This document shows positions 33,512 through 44,163 of a stretch of DNA of 64,000 bases, in pieces. Every line of letters begins with the position of its first letter. Position 1 is the first letter of the stretch. Source of the stretch: an uncultured Candidatus Poseidoniales archaeon (lineage in GTDB: Archaea; Thermoplasmatota; Poseidoniia; Poseidoniales; Thalassarchaeaceae); the NCBI GenBank assembly GCA_963934015.1, contig CAWVWT010000001.1, forward strand, positions 120,574 through 184,573, read 5' to 3'. The notes beneath the pieces were generated by a model. The model was not told where the DNA came from. It worked only from the letters and a program-made list of their open reading frames with translations, and did no database searches. The translations under genes and the position numbers were made by a program.

Positions 33512-36500
33512 TCAGTAATCCCACTCTTTCTCGTCACCATCGCCTTCTGCGCCACGGGTAAGGATGAAAGCGCCACCGATAACAGCAAGAACAACCAATC
33601 CAATGATTGCGTAAATTGCGTTACCAATACCTCCATCGTCTGCAGCACCAGGATCGTTTGCATCAATCACGCCAGGCTCTTCGAGGCCAGCACTCATGTC
33701 TGCATACATGTCAACACCAGGGTCGGCAACGTTGCCAACAGTGTCTTTGCCTGCAATACCGAAGTACATGTCTGTGGTACAGGTTGTACCACACATGTCC
33801 GCCTCAGTCACTGTGATCGAGGTGGTTGTGTCTTCAGTAGTTGCACAACTGTTGCCAAGCAAACTGTCGAAATCGTCGTTGACGATGGACTGTGTACCTG
33901 CCCAGCAGAGAACCCAAGCCGATACATCATCGGTACCTGTAGCATCCCATGTGAAGGTTAGTCCGTCATCTGTTGAGGTCTTGGTCGCTGCTGCGTTACT
34001 GAGGCTTGGCGCCGGTGAGACGCTACCATCTGCAGTCACGGTAACTGACATAGAACCGCCAGTGAGTTTTACACCTGTTGCAGCATTGGTATTACCATTC
34101 TCAGTCTGAACCGTGATGGTGTACATTGTACCATCAGTTCCGATGAGAGTGTGCGTACCGTCGCTGGTAGGCACAGTTCCTGCGATTGCAGTTCCATCCT
34201 CTCCCAATGCATCACAGTTTTCGCCTGCGCACCAGTAAACGTTCACTGTGTCACCGGTTGCAAATTGCGGGTTCTCTCCGTAGTCCCAAGATACCTGAAC
34301 ACCAGCATCGGGTTGCAATGCTGCCGTTAGTCCTTCGACGCCGGTTGCGGGTGGCTGTGCACCTGAAGTTGCGATGTCGAAGATGGCGTAAGTTCCGCCA
34401 CCAAGGTTGCCTTCCATACCACCATCATGAGTGAAGGTGAGTGTTGTACCACCATTTGCACCAGCAGTAGCAGTAACGTGGTTGACTGCAGTCCACGGAG
34501 TTTCTGTGGTACGCTTGTACCATAGACCCCAAGAGGTTTCTGCGTCTCCAGCGAAATCGATGGTGAGCGTCTCTGTGCCCATATCAGCAGGCATCATCAG
34601 ATTGGTCACGGTTAGATCGAATGCTACTACGCTGCTGAATGCGTTTGCATTGTTACCAAGTTGCTGGTCAGTGAATGCGTCAGCATCAGCTGCGGATACA
34701 TTGTACTGAACCATTGGTCCATAGACAATGGAGTAACTCATTGTCGCTCCTGTCACAGTCATGTCGGTGGAATATGTATTCCAGATCGATATGAGCATGC
34801 TGTCGGATGAACTGGCGCCTTGTGCATCGGTTACGGTAGCCGTAACCATGTGCTCGCCAATCCACGACATGTCAGTCTCGACCATGCAAATTGATTGGTC
34901 GCACTCAAACATGTCCATGAGTTCACTGTTTGCTGTTACTCGCTTCCACGAGTAAGCCAGTTCATTATCGGCCGTCTCTGTGTCCATTCCTCGCGCACGC
35001 ATAGTAATCCAATCACCAACGATGATTGGAGCTTCCACACTGGCACCATCTCGAGAGATGTCATCCAGTGTCATGAACACTGTTGGGTTGTCGTTGATAA
35101 CCTCGTAGAAGGTTGCTCGAACGTTGTTACCCGAGTTCATGTCGGTTGCATCAGTAGGATCGCTGGTTGCACTGAGCATGTTGATAGTTGCAGTGACCGT
35201 GTATCGACCAGCTTGCAAATCAACATCCAAGCAGGCCTTGCCTTCAGGGAAGGCCCCTGGAGCAACCTCGCTGAGTGTTGTGTGCGTGTAAGCGTCCTCG
35301 GTCTCATCCAAACATTCGTTGGAGATACCCGGATTGCCCATGAGGGCGTCTGCACCGTTCTCGTCAATGACGGTGAACGTGACATCCCAGTCGTAGTAAT
35401 TCTCTCCAGCTGAACCACCGAAGATAACATTTGCAGCAAGAGTCGTGACACCAACATTCAGAGTGCCTTCGGTCGCTTCGTTGTCACCGGCTGTGAGTGA
35501 GGTTACACCGATGTCGTGGAAGACTGTGAAGAATCCGCTGAGGACTCCAGCATTGTTGCCCGCGCGGTCATCATAAGTCAATACATTCTCCGACATAATT
35601 TGCGAAGGTGCGGATTCTGCTTCACCAGGTCCACCACTAGCAGTTGCGTCAGGTTCGTATGAATTGAAAGACGCAAGCATTGCAGTAATTGAAAAGCTAA
35701 CTGGAGCAGATGCTGCACCAGATGCACCAGTATCGCCCACGATTTGACCATGGAAGACGTATGCTTGCTGGAAGGTCATCACTGTACGGTCTTGTGTACA
35801 AGGGTTGTCGCCTCCATTGCATGGGTTATCCTGCAAGTCATTGGTATCAGTTACCGGATCATCCAGTGTTGACATGTTCTGCCAAACGTGGACTGCGGTC
35901 GTGTCACCGACGACAAGGGACATTGTGTCTCCACCCGCTGCGGCGTTAACTGGTTGGTTTGAACCTGCACCATCAGTGTCCAGATTGGTTGGATTCATTG
36001 GGTCCGTGTCATATGCACCTGCGAACTCAACCGATACGGTTGTTTCACGAGGGGCCCATGCTTCGGAACCATCTGCAGTAACCGTTACCGCGAAAGTGTG
36101 TGGGCCTGCGCCTTGTGTATTACCATACGGTCCTGTACCAGCGCCTTCTTCAAGACAGTCGCCACCGGCGCCATCTGTCCAGCAAAGGTCGACAATGATG
36201 TCACGGTAGTGTTGGACAACAACTGTGTATGTTCGGTCGTTGTTGGTTAGATCGGTATCCATGCCACCGTATCCTTCAAGTGAAATTGTTACAGTATATT
36301 CACCAGGAATAGTTGGGGACCACGATAGGTCACCGCCACTTTCTGCTTGGACACGGTAGTTTCCGCCACCCAAGAAGTCACCAGATGCCAGCGTATTGTA
36401 GCTGCAACCAGTTACAGTGGTGGTACCGGGACAAACTGCGTCATCGAGGTTGTCGATTACGGCAGTTTGACCATCTCCAGCCGGAGTAACGGACACGCGA

Positions 36501-36772
36501 ATGTTGAATTCTTCGTGTGCGTTGTCACCATCATTGATGATGATCGGCCGGAAATAGACGATTTCACCAATGTCTATTCCATTCCGAGTGTTACCGCCTT
36601 GGTCCACGAATGTTTCTCGTGGTTGCAAGACGTCGTGCAGGTTCAATTCGTAGTCCGCACGGCCACCCGTTTCCATTTCGTTCGTATCTTTCAGTTCATC
36701 AGCGAAGTCGATTCCAGCAAACAAGCTGGTCAACATCAACGCCGTGAGTACAATAGGTACAATTTGCTTCAA
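33512..36772 (-). CDS. Secreted acidic cell-surface protein (CARDB/Ig/FN3-like domains, C-terminal TM)
   Basis: Signal peptide; DTDLTNND and DMNSGNN CARDB-like motifs; TVTDAQG Ig-like; VQVSWDY and LTFTWDA FN3-like; TM followed by acidic tail EKEWDY. TTG 36772 has GGAGG upstream (track start 36790). Confidence 0.75.
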   Translation of the reverse strand: MKQIVPIVLTALMLTSLFAGIDFADELKDTNEMETGGRADYELNLHDVLQPRETFVDQGGNTRNGIDIGEIVYFRPIIINDGDNAHEEFNIRVSVTPAGDGQTAVIDNLDDAVCPGTTTVTGCSYNTLASGDFLGGGNYRVQAESGGDLSWSPTIPGEYTVTISLEGYGGMDTDLTNNDRTYTVVVQHYRDIIVDLCWTDGAGGDCLEEGAGTGPYGNTQGAGPHTFAVTVTADGSEAWAPRETTVSVEFAGAYDTDPMNPTNLDTDGAGSNQPVNAAAGGDTMSLVVGDTTAVHVWQNMSTLDDPVTDTNDLQDNPCNGGDNPCTQDRTVMTFQQAYVFHGQIVGDTGASGAASAPVSFSITAMLASFNSYEPDATASGGPGEAESAPSQIMSENVLTYDDRAGNNAGVLSGFFTVFHDIGVTSLTAGDNEATEGTLNVGVTTLAANVIFGGSAGENYYDWDVTFTVIDENGADALMGNPGISNECLDETEDAYTHTTLSEVAPGAFPEGKACLDVDLQAGRYTVTATINMLSATSDPTDATDMNSGNNVRATFYEVINDNPTVFMTLDDISRDGASVEAPIIVGDWITMRARGMDTETADNELAYSWKRVTANSELMDMFECDQSICMVETDMSWIGEHMVTATVTDAQGASSSDSMLISIWNTYSTDMTVTGATMSYSIVYGPMVQYNVSAADADAFTDQQLGNNANAFSSVVAFDLTVTNLMMPADMGTETLTIDFAGDAETSWGLWYKRTTETPWTAVNHVTATAGANGGTTLTFTHDGGMEGNLGGGTYAIFDIATSGAQPPATGVEGLTAALQPDAGVQVSWDYGENPQFATGDTVNVYWCAGENCDALGEDGTAIAGTVPTSDGTHTLIGTDGTMYTITVQTENGNTNAATGVKLTGGSMSVTVTADGSVSPAPSLSNAAATKTSTDDGLTFTWDATGTDDVSAWVLCWAGTQSIVNDDFDSLLGNSCATTEDTTTSITVTEADMCGTTCTTDMYFGIAGKDTVGNVADPGVDMYADMSAGLEEPGVIDANDPGAADDGGIGNAIYAIIGLVVLAVIGGAFILTRGAEGDGDEKEWDY

Positions 36773-36819
36773 TTTACAGTCCTCCCTCACAGTGGGTGCT
36801 TCGCCACAGAAAAACTTTG

Positions 36820-36827
36820 TATTTATA
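36820..36827 (-). promoter_or_regulatory. Candidate TATA box
   Basis: TATAAATA on the minus strand ~48 nt upstream of the proposed TTG start, with an SD-like GGAGG in between. Confidence 0.5.
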
Positions 36828-36904
36828 GTGACCGCCGGCCCAAGTTACTTTTAGTGGCTTAAATCTGCATTTCTTTATTAATTCTAGAACGAACTATTTG
36901 TAAT

Positions 36905-39900
36905 TTAATTTACATCCCGCAGGGCTTCTGCCGGTCGGATGGATGCGGCCTTTCGAACAGGCCATAGTGTTGCAAACAACGTCAAAATGTACGCTCCGAT
37001 GACAATCATGTAAATCTCATTCCATGGCATGATAAATTCCGCACCATCTTCTTTGAGGAATCGATCATACAGCGCATAGTGGAAGCCAACGCCGACCAGT
37101 GCACCATTGAGGATACCCAAGAAAGACACCCAAGATAACTCGACAAGGAAGGTGGCAACCACCATACTCCTCTGGAATCCAAGTGCCCTCAAGATGCCAA
37201 TTTGATGGCGACGTTCGCTAACATTGCGAATTGTAACAACCGCCAAACCAGCAATTCCCACAACCAAGCCAAGTCCAAGGAAGGCTTTCAAAAGCCCAAA
37301 TATGGAGAGGACGAATGAATTGATTTTATTCCAAGCGACCTCGATGACAAACACACCAACTCCATCCTCAATCATCCCTCGTTCGATTTCATCTGCAGCG
37401 TATTCTTGATCAGCAACATTCGTACCATTCGGTAAACTGAACCAAACAATCTGTGGTTTGGCATCAAACCGTTCTTCAGCGAAATCCGACTGAATGTAAA
37501 TCCCTGGTATGAAGACTGAGGCTTCCTGTTTGAGAATGCCCCCCACAAATACCGTTCGATTGACTCCGGAGTTACTCGGGTCGCTAATCAGAATTCGATC
37601 TCCAATTCCCAAGTCGAGAGAAGGAGGAGCATTCTCCCAACCTTCGGGTGTCGGTGTGAGGCTGAAATCGATGATGACGAGGCTTTCATCGGCTAGAACC
37701 GCAGCCCATGCTTCCTCTTCTGTTTCACCGAGTTCTGTGGCCCAAAGCTCCAAACTCAAAGCACCATGTTCTGAGAAGTTTGAGTCAAAACCCTGTAAAC
37801 CTACATTCAATTTGTCACCATTACCATCGAATCGTTCAGCTTTGACGACCCCTGTATGAATGGTCGCAATCGAATCGAAATCTGAAACGTTCATCTGTCC
37901 TAAATCCCAATTGCCAACATCTGGGTCTAATTCACTGCTGCTGTATGCAAGAATTTCGTAATTACCACCCGACTCATCACCCATTTCTTCGAGATTATTC
38001 GCTGTAATCGCCGAAGTTCCTGAAAGAATGACCACTGCAAAAATGACCAAGGAAAACATGCCCATCGTCATCGATGTGCGGAAAGGCGTCGCCATCGGAT
38101 AGGCCAGACTGGTTGGTAAAACGGAGGCGATTTTCCCCGATAGAGGGGCCAACATACGAGATAAGAAACGTGTCACCAACGGTGCAAGACTGGTCAATAA
38201 CAAGACACCAGCAGCGACCATGAAGATCCCTAATATGATGAAAGAAAAGGGGCCTTGCTCCCATGGTTCACTAATTGGGTCACCTTTCCAACCCCAGAAA
38301 ATCATCGATAAACTCAGGATGGATAAAATCAGTTTTGGGAGCACGACGGGACGATGGAATCGCATCCCGCGAATCGTGATATCTTCCGGTAGAACTCGGC
38401 CTAGAACCAAAAATGCAGGCGGGACCAAGGCAAGCATGAGTGTGAACCCACCCAACAGCCACCAAGCATGCCGGATGCCGTCCTCGGGTTCTCCAAGGAA
38501 GAAAGCGAGTGCAAAACTACCGAGTGAAGAGAAGCCGAGGAATAGCGTGACAAGAATCGACCACCATGGCAGCCCGTTGCCGTAACGCGTTGGAATACTA
38601 CGAATGGCGGCGACAACATTGAGGCGACTAATCCAAACCGAGGTTGTCCATAACGTCGACCAAGTGACCAAGAAGCCTGCTGTGAATCCGGCGAGGACAC
38701 TTTGGAATGTCCAATCAAAGATTACAGTCCAAGAAAATGTATCTTGGAAGGCTGTCCCCATGAATTTCATCAAAACCCAAGCGACACCGATGCCAACAAA
38801 AGCACCGACTGCGCTTGAAATCAAACCGAGTAAGGCACCTTCCTGAACGAATAGTACACGTAAATCGCTACGGTGCATACCGATGGCGCGAGCCATGCCC
38901 ATCTCCGGTTTTCGTTCATCAGCCAACATGACGAAGATATTCATTACAAGAAGAATTCCTGAAAAGACGACGAACGACCCAAAGATGAGGAATAGCATAG
39001 AGAATGTCTCACCGAAATCAGCGGTTGCTTCAATCATTCTGAGCTTGATAGGAGTGACATTCAAATCGGCAGAATCGAGATCTGCCTGCTCATCAGCCCA
39101 GGCTTCAATGCTTACCAATACAGCCTCGTATACAGCGGGATTAATCAAACCAGGTCCAACGATTATGACCATGCTGCGAGCACCGTTACTGCCACCTGCC
39201 AATAATTCAGCATCAGGAATTGATACCAGACCAAAGGTCATGTCTGCAAACGATGGTTGGCCAGGGGGGGAGGGAAGGCTTAGATTTGCATCTTCAACGA
39301 GAAGACGTTCGCCATCCCACTGACCACGAATTGCAGGTAAATAGCCGCGCAGTCTGACAGATTCCCCCGTATCAAGATCGAGCGTTTCTCCTGCCCAATC
39401 CGATACATGGATGTTGCCGCTTGTAACCGAAGGGAAACCCATTGTATCACAACCGTCGCAACCGACAACCGTGAGGGGTACACGGTTCACAGAATCGATA
39501 CGAATACGAGAAGGAAGGCGCCCAGACAGATTGCCTTCATCAGCAATCGCGACGCCAACTCCCGTGGTTACAATCAGGCGATTTGATTCGAAACTCAGTG
39601 CTGCATCATTGGTGTTTGCTGCCGGCGGCAATTGAATTGAAAGTGAGTTGAAAGCAGTCCCATTCCAAGCCCAGAGCCCCTCACCTTCAACCCAAATCGA
39701 ATTCAATGAATAAGCCACCAGTGTGCCATTTGGAAGTCCGTGTTCCCATGCTGCAGTCGCGTTACCGTCATCGAGGTGATACAGGGATTGGCCTTCAACA
39801 ACCCATGTTGAATTTGAGTGCTCAAACAAGTCACGACGTTCTGTTGTATCTTGGGAACAAATCAGAGATTCGACATTGCCCCCTGAACAAGTCTGACTAC

Positions 39901-41536
39901 CGAGTATGCCCCCGATACGAACAACAATCTCATCACCATCCACGGCGAGATCGACACCCAATGCAGAGCCATCGGCAACCAGAGAGGTGACAGTCCATGT
40001 TTCAAGTCCCCCCGTAGAGGAATGCAACCAAACGTTGCCTTCGTTCTCCTCGAGTGCAAGTGTTGTAGGTTGGTTGCCCTGACAATCATTGATACAGAAC
40101 GAAGCGAGGGCATCGATAGAGTGTGATTCAAGATAATCCATATCTGGGGCATCGGGGGCCAAATCGATGTGCCGAACGCCATCTACATGTGCGATTAACC
40201 CGGATTCATTACTGGTCAACAGGATATCACGGATAGACTCATCATCGACATCATCGGGAGTCCAAATCCACCATTGACCATCTGAATCTTGCAACGATAA
40301 TCCAGAACCTGTTGCATACCAATCCCAACCATCGGTTTGCTCAATTGAAGATATAGATGCGGATGCTAAACCGGATACATTGAGCCATTGCTGCGCGATA
40401 TTATACAATGGAACTTGCAACAATTCAACCGAATCAAGAGTGAATTCTGATTCATTAACGAGTGTCGTGAGATTGTAGACCTCATTTTCGCGCAGTTGCC
40501 CGATTCCCGTGGTACGCGCTACTGCGATTAGACCTGATTCCGCATCGGATTCGATGGTGAATCCCGCATCTTCTGCGATCAAATGCTCATTGACCAATGA
40601 CTTGATTTCACTTCGGAGTGCATCACTACCATCACCTTTGACAGCGATAGCAATGTGAGAAATAATCTCCTCCTTTTCAGTGATTTCTTGAGCCTGATAC
40701 AATGTTGTGAATAATAATGGTTGACGGCTATTTTGATGCCCAGTATTAGCATCTGAAACAATGTATTGTACGGTGAGATTTGTTGTACTGCGGACAAGGC
40801 CCACCTGTAAATCAATATCGACCCAGTGAATTTCAATCGTATCGCCAACAGATGCAGATACACTGTCAGCTAGTTCTTCGTTAATGACGACATTTCCGTC
40901 GTCAATTTCAGCATAACGAATACCATTCTCGCCACCGATGGGCCCAAATCCGCCCGCATTTGAATAATTTTCATCAAATGCATACCATGTTGCAATGGGT
41001 TCACCCAAACCATCGAATTGGATCGATGCACTCATCCGCACCCCTGGGCGCACACCGTCAACATCTGACCAACTGAGGAGTTCGTCAGAAATATCGTTTG
41101 CACGAGTTTGATTCCATTCTGTCCACAACCCTGTTGTTTTGTCATTGCCTTTGATGTAGTAATCCGTGTCACCGAGAGGTGCTAAGAATTGTTCCTCCAT
41201 GGTCGCATCCAAACTATCACCAATCACCAAAGAAGAGGTTACGATTGCCGAACCAACAAGTAAACCGATGACAACAAGTGCGGTGTTTCGCTTGCGGCGA
41301 ACCAAATTATTACGCGCCATGACGGATAAAATACGATGTCGACTGGAAAGCAGCCACTGCATCGTTGACCAAACAATAAGGCCGGTGATTAAAGATAGGC
41401 CGAAGAGTGTGAATGTACGCCCCAAACCCCAATCATAATCGTCCCACTGCACTGCAGTGGTGAGTGTGGCAGCGAGAATGCTGACTACCGCCGTAACTAC
41501 CCGGCGTTCGGGCGTCCACGGACCGGCCAGAGACAT
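36905..41536 (-). CDS. FtsX/MacB-type ABC permease, tandem two-module form with a very large extracellular insertion
   Basis: MARNNLVRRKRNTALVVIGLLVGSA; ERKPEMGMARAIG and ERRHQIGILRALG (two FtsX-type TMDs); C-terminal PVRKAASIRPAEALR. Confidence 0.85.
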   Translation of the reverse strand: MSLAGPWTPERRVVTAVVSILAATLTTAVQWDDYDWGLGRTFTLFGLSLITGLIVWSTMQWLLSSRHRILSVMARNNLVRRKRNTALVVIGLLVGSAIVTSSLVIGDSLDATMEEQFLAPLGDTDYYIKGNDKTTGLWTEWNQTRANDISDELLSWSDVDGVRPGVRMSASIQFDGLGEPIATWYAFDENYSNAGGFGPIGGENGIRYAEIDDGNVVINEELADSVSASVGDTIEIHWVDIDLQVGLVRSTTNLTVQYIVSDANTGHQNSRQPLLFTTLYQAQEITEKEEIISHIAIAVKGDGSDALRSEIKSLVNEHLIAEDAGFTIESDAESGLIAVARTTGIGQLRENEVYNLTTLVNESEFTLDSVELLQVPLYNIAQQWLNVSGLASASISSIEQTDGWDWYATGSGLSLQDSDGQWWIWTPDDVDDESIRDILLTSNESGLIAHVDGVRHIDLAPDAPDMDYLESHSIDALASFCINDCQGNQPTTLALEENEGNVWLHSSTGGLETWTVTSLVADGSALGVDLAVDGDEIVVRIGGILGSQTCSGGNVESLICSQDTTERRDLFEHSNSTWVVEGQSLYHLDDGNATAAWEHGLPNGTLVAYSLNSIWVEGEGLWAWNGTAFNSLSIQLPPAANTNDAALSFESNRLIVTTGVGVAIADEGNLSGRLPSRIRIDSVNRVPLTVVGCDGCDTMGFPSVTSGNIHVSDWAGETLDLDTGESVRLRGYLPAIRGQWDGERLLVEDANLSLPSPPGQPSFADMTFGLVSIPDAELLAGGSNGARSMVIIVGPGLINPAVYEAVLVSIEAWADEQADLDSADLNVTPIKLRMIEATADFGETFSMLFLIFGSFVVFSGILLVMNIFVMLADERKPEMGMARAIGMHRSDLRVLFVQEGALLGLISSAVGAFVGIGVAWVLMKFMGTAFQDTFSWTVIFDWTFQSVLAGFTAGFLVTWSTLWTTSVWISRLNVVAAIRSIPTRYGNGLPWWSILVTLFLGFSSLGSFALAFFLGEPEDGIRHAWWLLGGFTLMLALVPPAFLVLGRVLPEDITIRGMRFHRPVVLPKLILSILSLSMIFWGWKGDPISEPWEQGPFSFIILGIFMVAAGVLLLTSLAPLVTRFLSRMLAPLSGKIASVLPTSLAYPMATPFRTSMTMGMFSLVIFAVVILSGTSAITANNLEEMGDESGGNYEILAYSSSELDPDVGNWDLGQMNVSDFDSIATIHTGVVKAERFDGNGDKLNVGLQGFDSNFSEHGALSLELWATELGETEEEAWAAVLADESLVIIDFSLTPTPEGWENAPPSLDLGIGDRILISDPSNSGVNRTVFVGGILKQEASVFIPGIYIQSDFAEERFDAKPQIVWFSLPNGTNVADQEYAADEIERGMIEDGVGVFVIEVAWNKINSFVLSIFGLLKAFLGLGLVVGIAGLAVVTIRNVSERRHQIGILRALGFQRSMVVATFLVELSWVSFLGILNGALVGVGFHYALYDRFLKEDGAEFIMPWNEIYMIVIGAYILTLFATLWPVRKAASIRPAEALRDVN

Positions 41537-41548
41537 CGGAAAAACCCC

Positions 41549-42247
41549 CTATTCCTCTTCTCCAATACGACGATCTTCAGTGATTCGACCGTCGTGCATG
41601 ACCAGTACCCGAGAGCAACGATCAGCAATCTCAGAATCGTGTGTCACGAGGAGTAACGTAACCCCGTGTTCAGCATTCAAACTCAACAATAAATCAATAA
41701 TTTCATCGCTGGTTTGTGAATCGAGGTTTCCGGTCGCCTCATCAGCAAAAATCACAGCAGGGTCATGCACAAATGAACGGGCAATCGTGACACGCTGCTG
41801 CTGTCCACCGGACAACTCAGAGGGTAAATGCCCCTCTCGATCTGCCAACCCAACCGCATCTAGAGCAGAAAGGGCGCGTTCACGGGCCTCACGAGGGGAG
41901 CATCCAGCCATCAATAGTGGTAATTCGACATTCTCCACTGCAGTCAATACTGGTAAGAGATTGAATGACTGGAAGATGAAACCCAATTGTGATCCACGCA
42001 ATGCTGTGAGTTCATAGTCGGACATCTGTGACAATGCCTGACCGTGAATAAAAACATCTCCTGCCGAAATTTCATCTAGCCCTGAAAGGCAATTGAGCAG
42101 TGTTGTCTTTCCACAACCACTGGGACCCATGACAGCAACCATTTCGCCGGGTTTCAGTGATACGCTAACCTTGCGAAGAGCTTCAACCCGGTTTGTACCG
42201 GTTTCGTATACCTTCCACAATTCACGTGCTTCGAGTACAGTCGTCAT
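41549..42247 (-). CDS. ABC transporter ATP-binding protein (LolD/MacB-like)
   Basis: GPSGCGKTT, GFIFQSFNLLP, LSGGQQQRVTIAR, FADEATGNLD, VTHD. Start ATG 42247. Confidence 0.92.
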   Translation of the reverse strand: MTTVLEARELWKVYETGTNRVEALRKVSVSLKPGEMVAVMGPSGCGKTTLLNCLSGLDEISAGDVFIHGQALSQMSDYELTALRGSQLGFIFQSFNLLPVLTAVENVELPLLMAGCSPREARERALSALDAVGLADREGHLPSELSGGQQQRVTIARSFVHDPAVIFADEATGNLDSQTSDEIIDLLLSLNAEHGVTLLLVTHDSEIADRCSRVLVMHDGRITEDRRIGEEE

Positions 42248-42301
42248 GACTTCCTGTGGGTGGAGCAGGGATATAACACTCCGTCTTGCAGCAGACCGCT
42301 G

Positions 42302-42529
42302 ATGAATTCCCACACAGTCCTCTTTTTCGGCCCACTGCGCGATGTATTTGAAACAAAGTCGATGGAAATTGAAATGCCAGAAAACTGTTCGGTAGATGAT
42401 GTACTCAACCACCTGGGGGTTGACCAGAATCTCGTCAAAACAGCCGTAAATGGGGAAATCGTCCCCGCGTCTACACGATTGGGGGTGGCTTCTGAAATCG
42501 CTCTACTTCCGCCGGTTTCAGGCGGTTGA
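42302..42529 (+). CDS. MoaD/ThiS-family ubiquitin-like protein (SAMP-like)
   Basis: VLFFGPLR...TAVNGE...EIALLPPVSGG, C-terminal di-glycine. Confidence 0.88.
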   Translation: MNSHTVLFFGPLRDVFETKSMEIEMPENCSVDDVLNHLGVDQNLVKTAVNGEIVPASTRLGVASEIALLPPVSGG

Positions 42530-42580
42530 ACAGGCGGAATCTTGAATGGGGGCATTCAACCAGCAGGGTTCGGTAAGCAC

Positions 42581-42859
42581 ATGGCATTCGGTACTCAAGA
42601 ACTCGTAATCGTCCTCATCGCCTTCTTTATTCTCTTCGGCGCAGAACGGTTACCCAAACTCGCTAGATCAATGGGCCAGGCCAAGGGGGAATTCCACGAA
42701 GGTTTGGCTGATGTCAAGAAAGCTGGCGATACAACGGAAGATGATCTGGATCGAGGTGGTCGTACCGAAGCAGCTGAATTATCGGAACAGGCTCAAGATT
42801 CCGGCGTTGATGTCGAGGGGAAAACGCCTGAAGAAGTTGAAGACGAAATGTCAGATTAA
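42581..42859 (+). CDS. tatA: Twin-arginine translocase subunit TatA/E
   Basis: ELVIVLIAFFILFGAERLPKLARSMGQAKGEF plus acidic tail. Confidence 0.92.
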   Translation: MAFGTQELVIVLIAFFILFGAERLPKLARSMGQAKGEFHEGLADVKKAGDTTEDDLDRGGRTEAAELSEQAQDSGVDVEGKTPEEVEDEMSD

Positions 42860-42890
42860 TCAATTGGGAAATTAAATTTTCAATTGGGAT

Positions 42891-43346
42891 TTATATCCTT
42901 TTTACGCCAAGTGGAGATCCACAATCTGGGCATGTTTCCCCTTGCTGTTGTACCGCACCACAACCCACACACACCAACGCATGTGTACGCACTTCCCTAA
43001 CACCATCTTGGATGACCCCTCGCCAAGGATGTCCATGGTGTTGGCACACGTTTTGCATACGATAATCATCTGTAACCAATGGGAAACCTGTAGAAAATGC
43101 AAGTGCTAGGACTTCTAAATCCACGCTTGAAAGGCCACTGAAGTCACCCGTTTCTTGGCTAGCCTGAGTTGCGACCTCAATTGCAGACTGATTTGGCGTT
43201 TCGAAACAGGGGCCTTGCGATTCTAACATGAGGTGGCGAGACGGGGACAACCGCTGAACTTCGTCCAACTGACTGCTTGCACAAATCCCTTGCATGAGTG
43301 ACTCTAGCGGCCAAGAGAGTAACGCAGCCGTATCAAGAACCTCCAT
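42891..43346 (-). CDS. nob1: NOB1-like PIN endoribonuclease with zinc ribbon
   Basis: VLDTAALL, GDFSGLSSVDLEVLALA, LVTDDYRMQNVC, CVGCG...CPDCGSPL. Confidence 0.85.
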   Translation of the reverse strand: MEVLDTAALLSWPLESLMQGICASSQLDEVQRLSPSRHLMLESQGPCFETPNQSAIEVATQASQETGDFSGLSSVDLEVLALAFSTGFPLVTDDYRMQNVCQHHGHPWRGVIQDGVREVRTHALVCVGCGAVQQQGETCPDCGSPLGVKRI

Positions 43347-43408
43347 GGCGGTTAGGCAGCATCGGTGTAACATCAGCCTTCCGCACCTGACGATGATGGG
43401 AAAGGGTC

Positions 43409-44047
43409 ATGCCTTCCACCAGCCGCCTTGAGCACATGGGCTTGCTTCCTACTGGCTTCTGGGGTGCCGTAGATTCCTTTGTAGGGTGGGCAACAGATCT
43501 CGGTTTACCTGGACTTGCAATCCTCTCATTTACCGAGGCATTTATCCAACCCGTGCCACCTGAAGCTCTGACATTGCCTATGTTTATCGCAGCACAGGGC
43601 AACCCTGTGATGATTTTTCTCATCTGGGTGGTTGTTACACTCACCAGTGTTGCAGGGGCAATGTTCGGGTGGTGGTTGGGTAAATCGATTGGCCGGCCCT
43701 TTGCAGATCGGTACATCAAGCCAAAACACATTGCTAGGTTGGATGGATTGATTGCCAGATATGGTGATGCAGGGATTTTTATCGCAGCAATTTCGCCCCT
43801 CCCGTACAAAGTACTCGCTTGGATTGCTGGCATGGGTGAAATGGACTACCGACGATTCATCATCGCTGGCCTATGGGGTCGTGGTCTTCGCTTTGGCATC
43901 CAAGCTCTACTGATTGGGATTTGGGGTGATGAATTGCTTACAGCAATGAAAAGTCCATTGGTCTGGATTGTGTTGTGTATCGCCTTCGTCCTTGTTGCCG
44001 TCCCTTCCAAAAGATGGTGGGATGGCCTACTTGATGAGGAAGAATGA
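43409..44047 (+). CDS. YqaA/DedA (VTT domain) membrane protein
   Basis: SFTEAFIQPVPPE, SVAGAMFGWWLG, AAISPLPYKV, GRGLRF. Confidence 0.85.
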   Translation: MPSTSRLEHMGLLPTGFWGAVDSFVGWATDLGLPGLAILSFTEAFIQPVPPEALTLPMFIAAQGNPVMIFLIWVVVTLTSVAGAMFGWWLGKSIGRPFADRYIKPKHIARLDGLIARYGDAGIFIAAISPLPYKVLAWIAGMGEMDYRRFIIAGLWGRGLRFGIQALLIGIWGDELLTAMKSPLVWIVLCIAFVLVAVPSKRWWDGLLDEEE

Positions 44048-44088
44048 CCGAACCCCTCATCAACCCGATTGACTGCGGGAAGATTGTT

Positions 44089-44163
44089 GCTCGCGTGGTG
44101 TAGCTAGGCCCATCATGGTGGGTTTTCATCCCGCTGACTCGGGTTCGAATCCCGACGCGAGCA
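44089..44163 (+). tRNA. tRNA-Glu(TTC)
   Basis: Acceptor GCTCGCG/CGCGAGC-A; anticodon arm GTGGG-TT-TTC-AT-CCCGC; T arm TCGGG-TTCGAAT-CCCGA. Confidence 0.9.

Noticed and set aside
42302..42529. MoaD/SAMP gene as part of a ubiquitin-like defence or conjugation operon
   Set aside because: No E1, E2 or JAB gene adjacent; neighbours are housekeeping genes.
42858..42892. CAATTGGGA direct repeat between tatA and nob1
   Set aside because: Only two 9-nt copies in a short AT-rich convergent spacer; at most a weak bidirectional terminator.
44089..44163. tRNA read as a TCA (Sec or suppressor) anticodon
   Set aside because: The 7-nt loop TTTTCAT centres on TTC; short variable arm and normal 7-bp acceptor stem.
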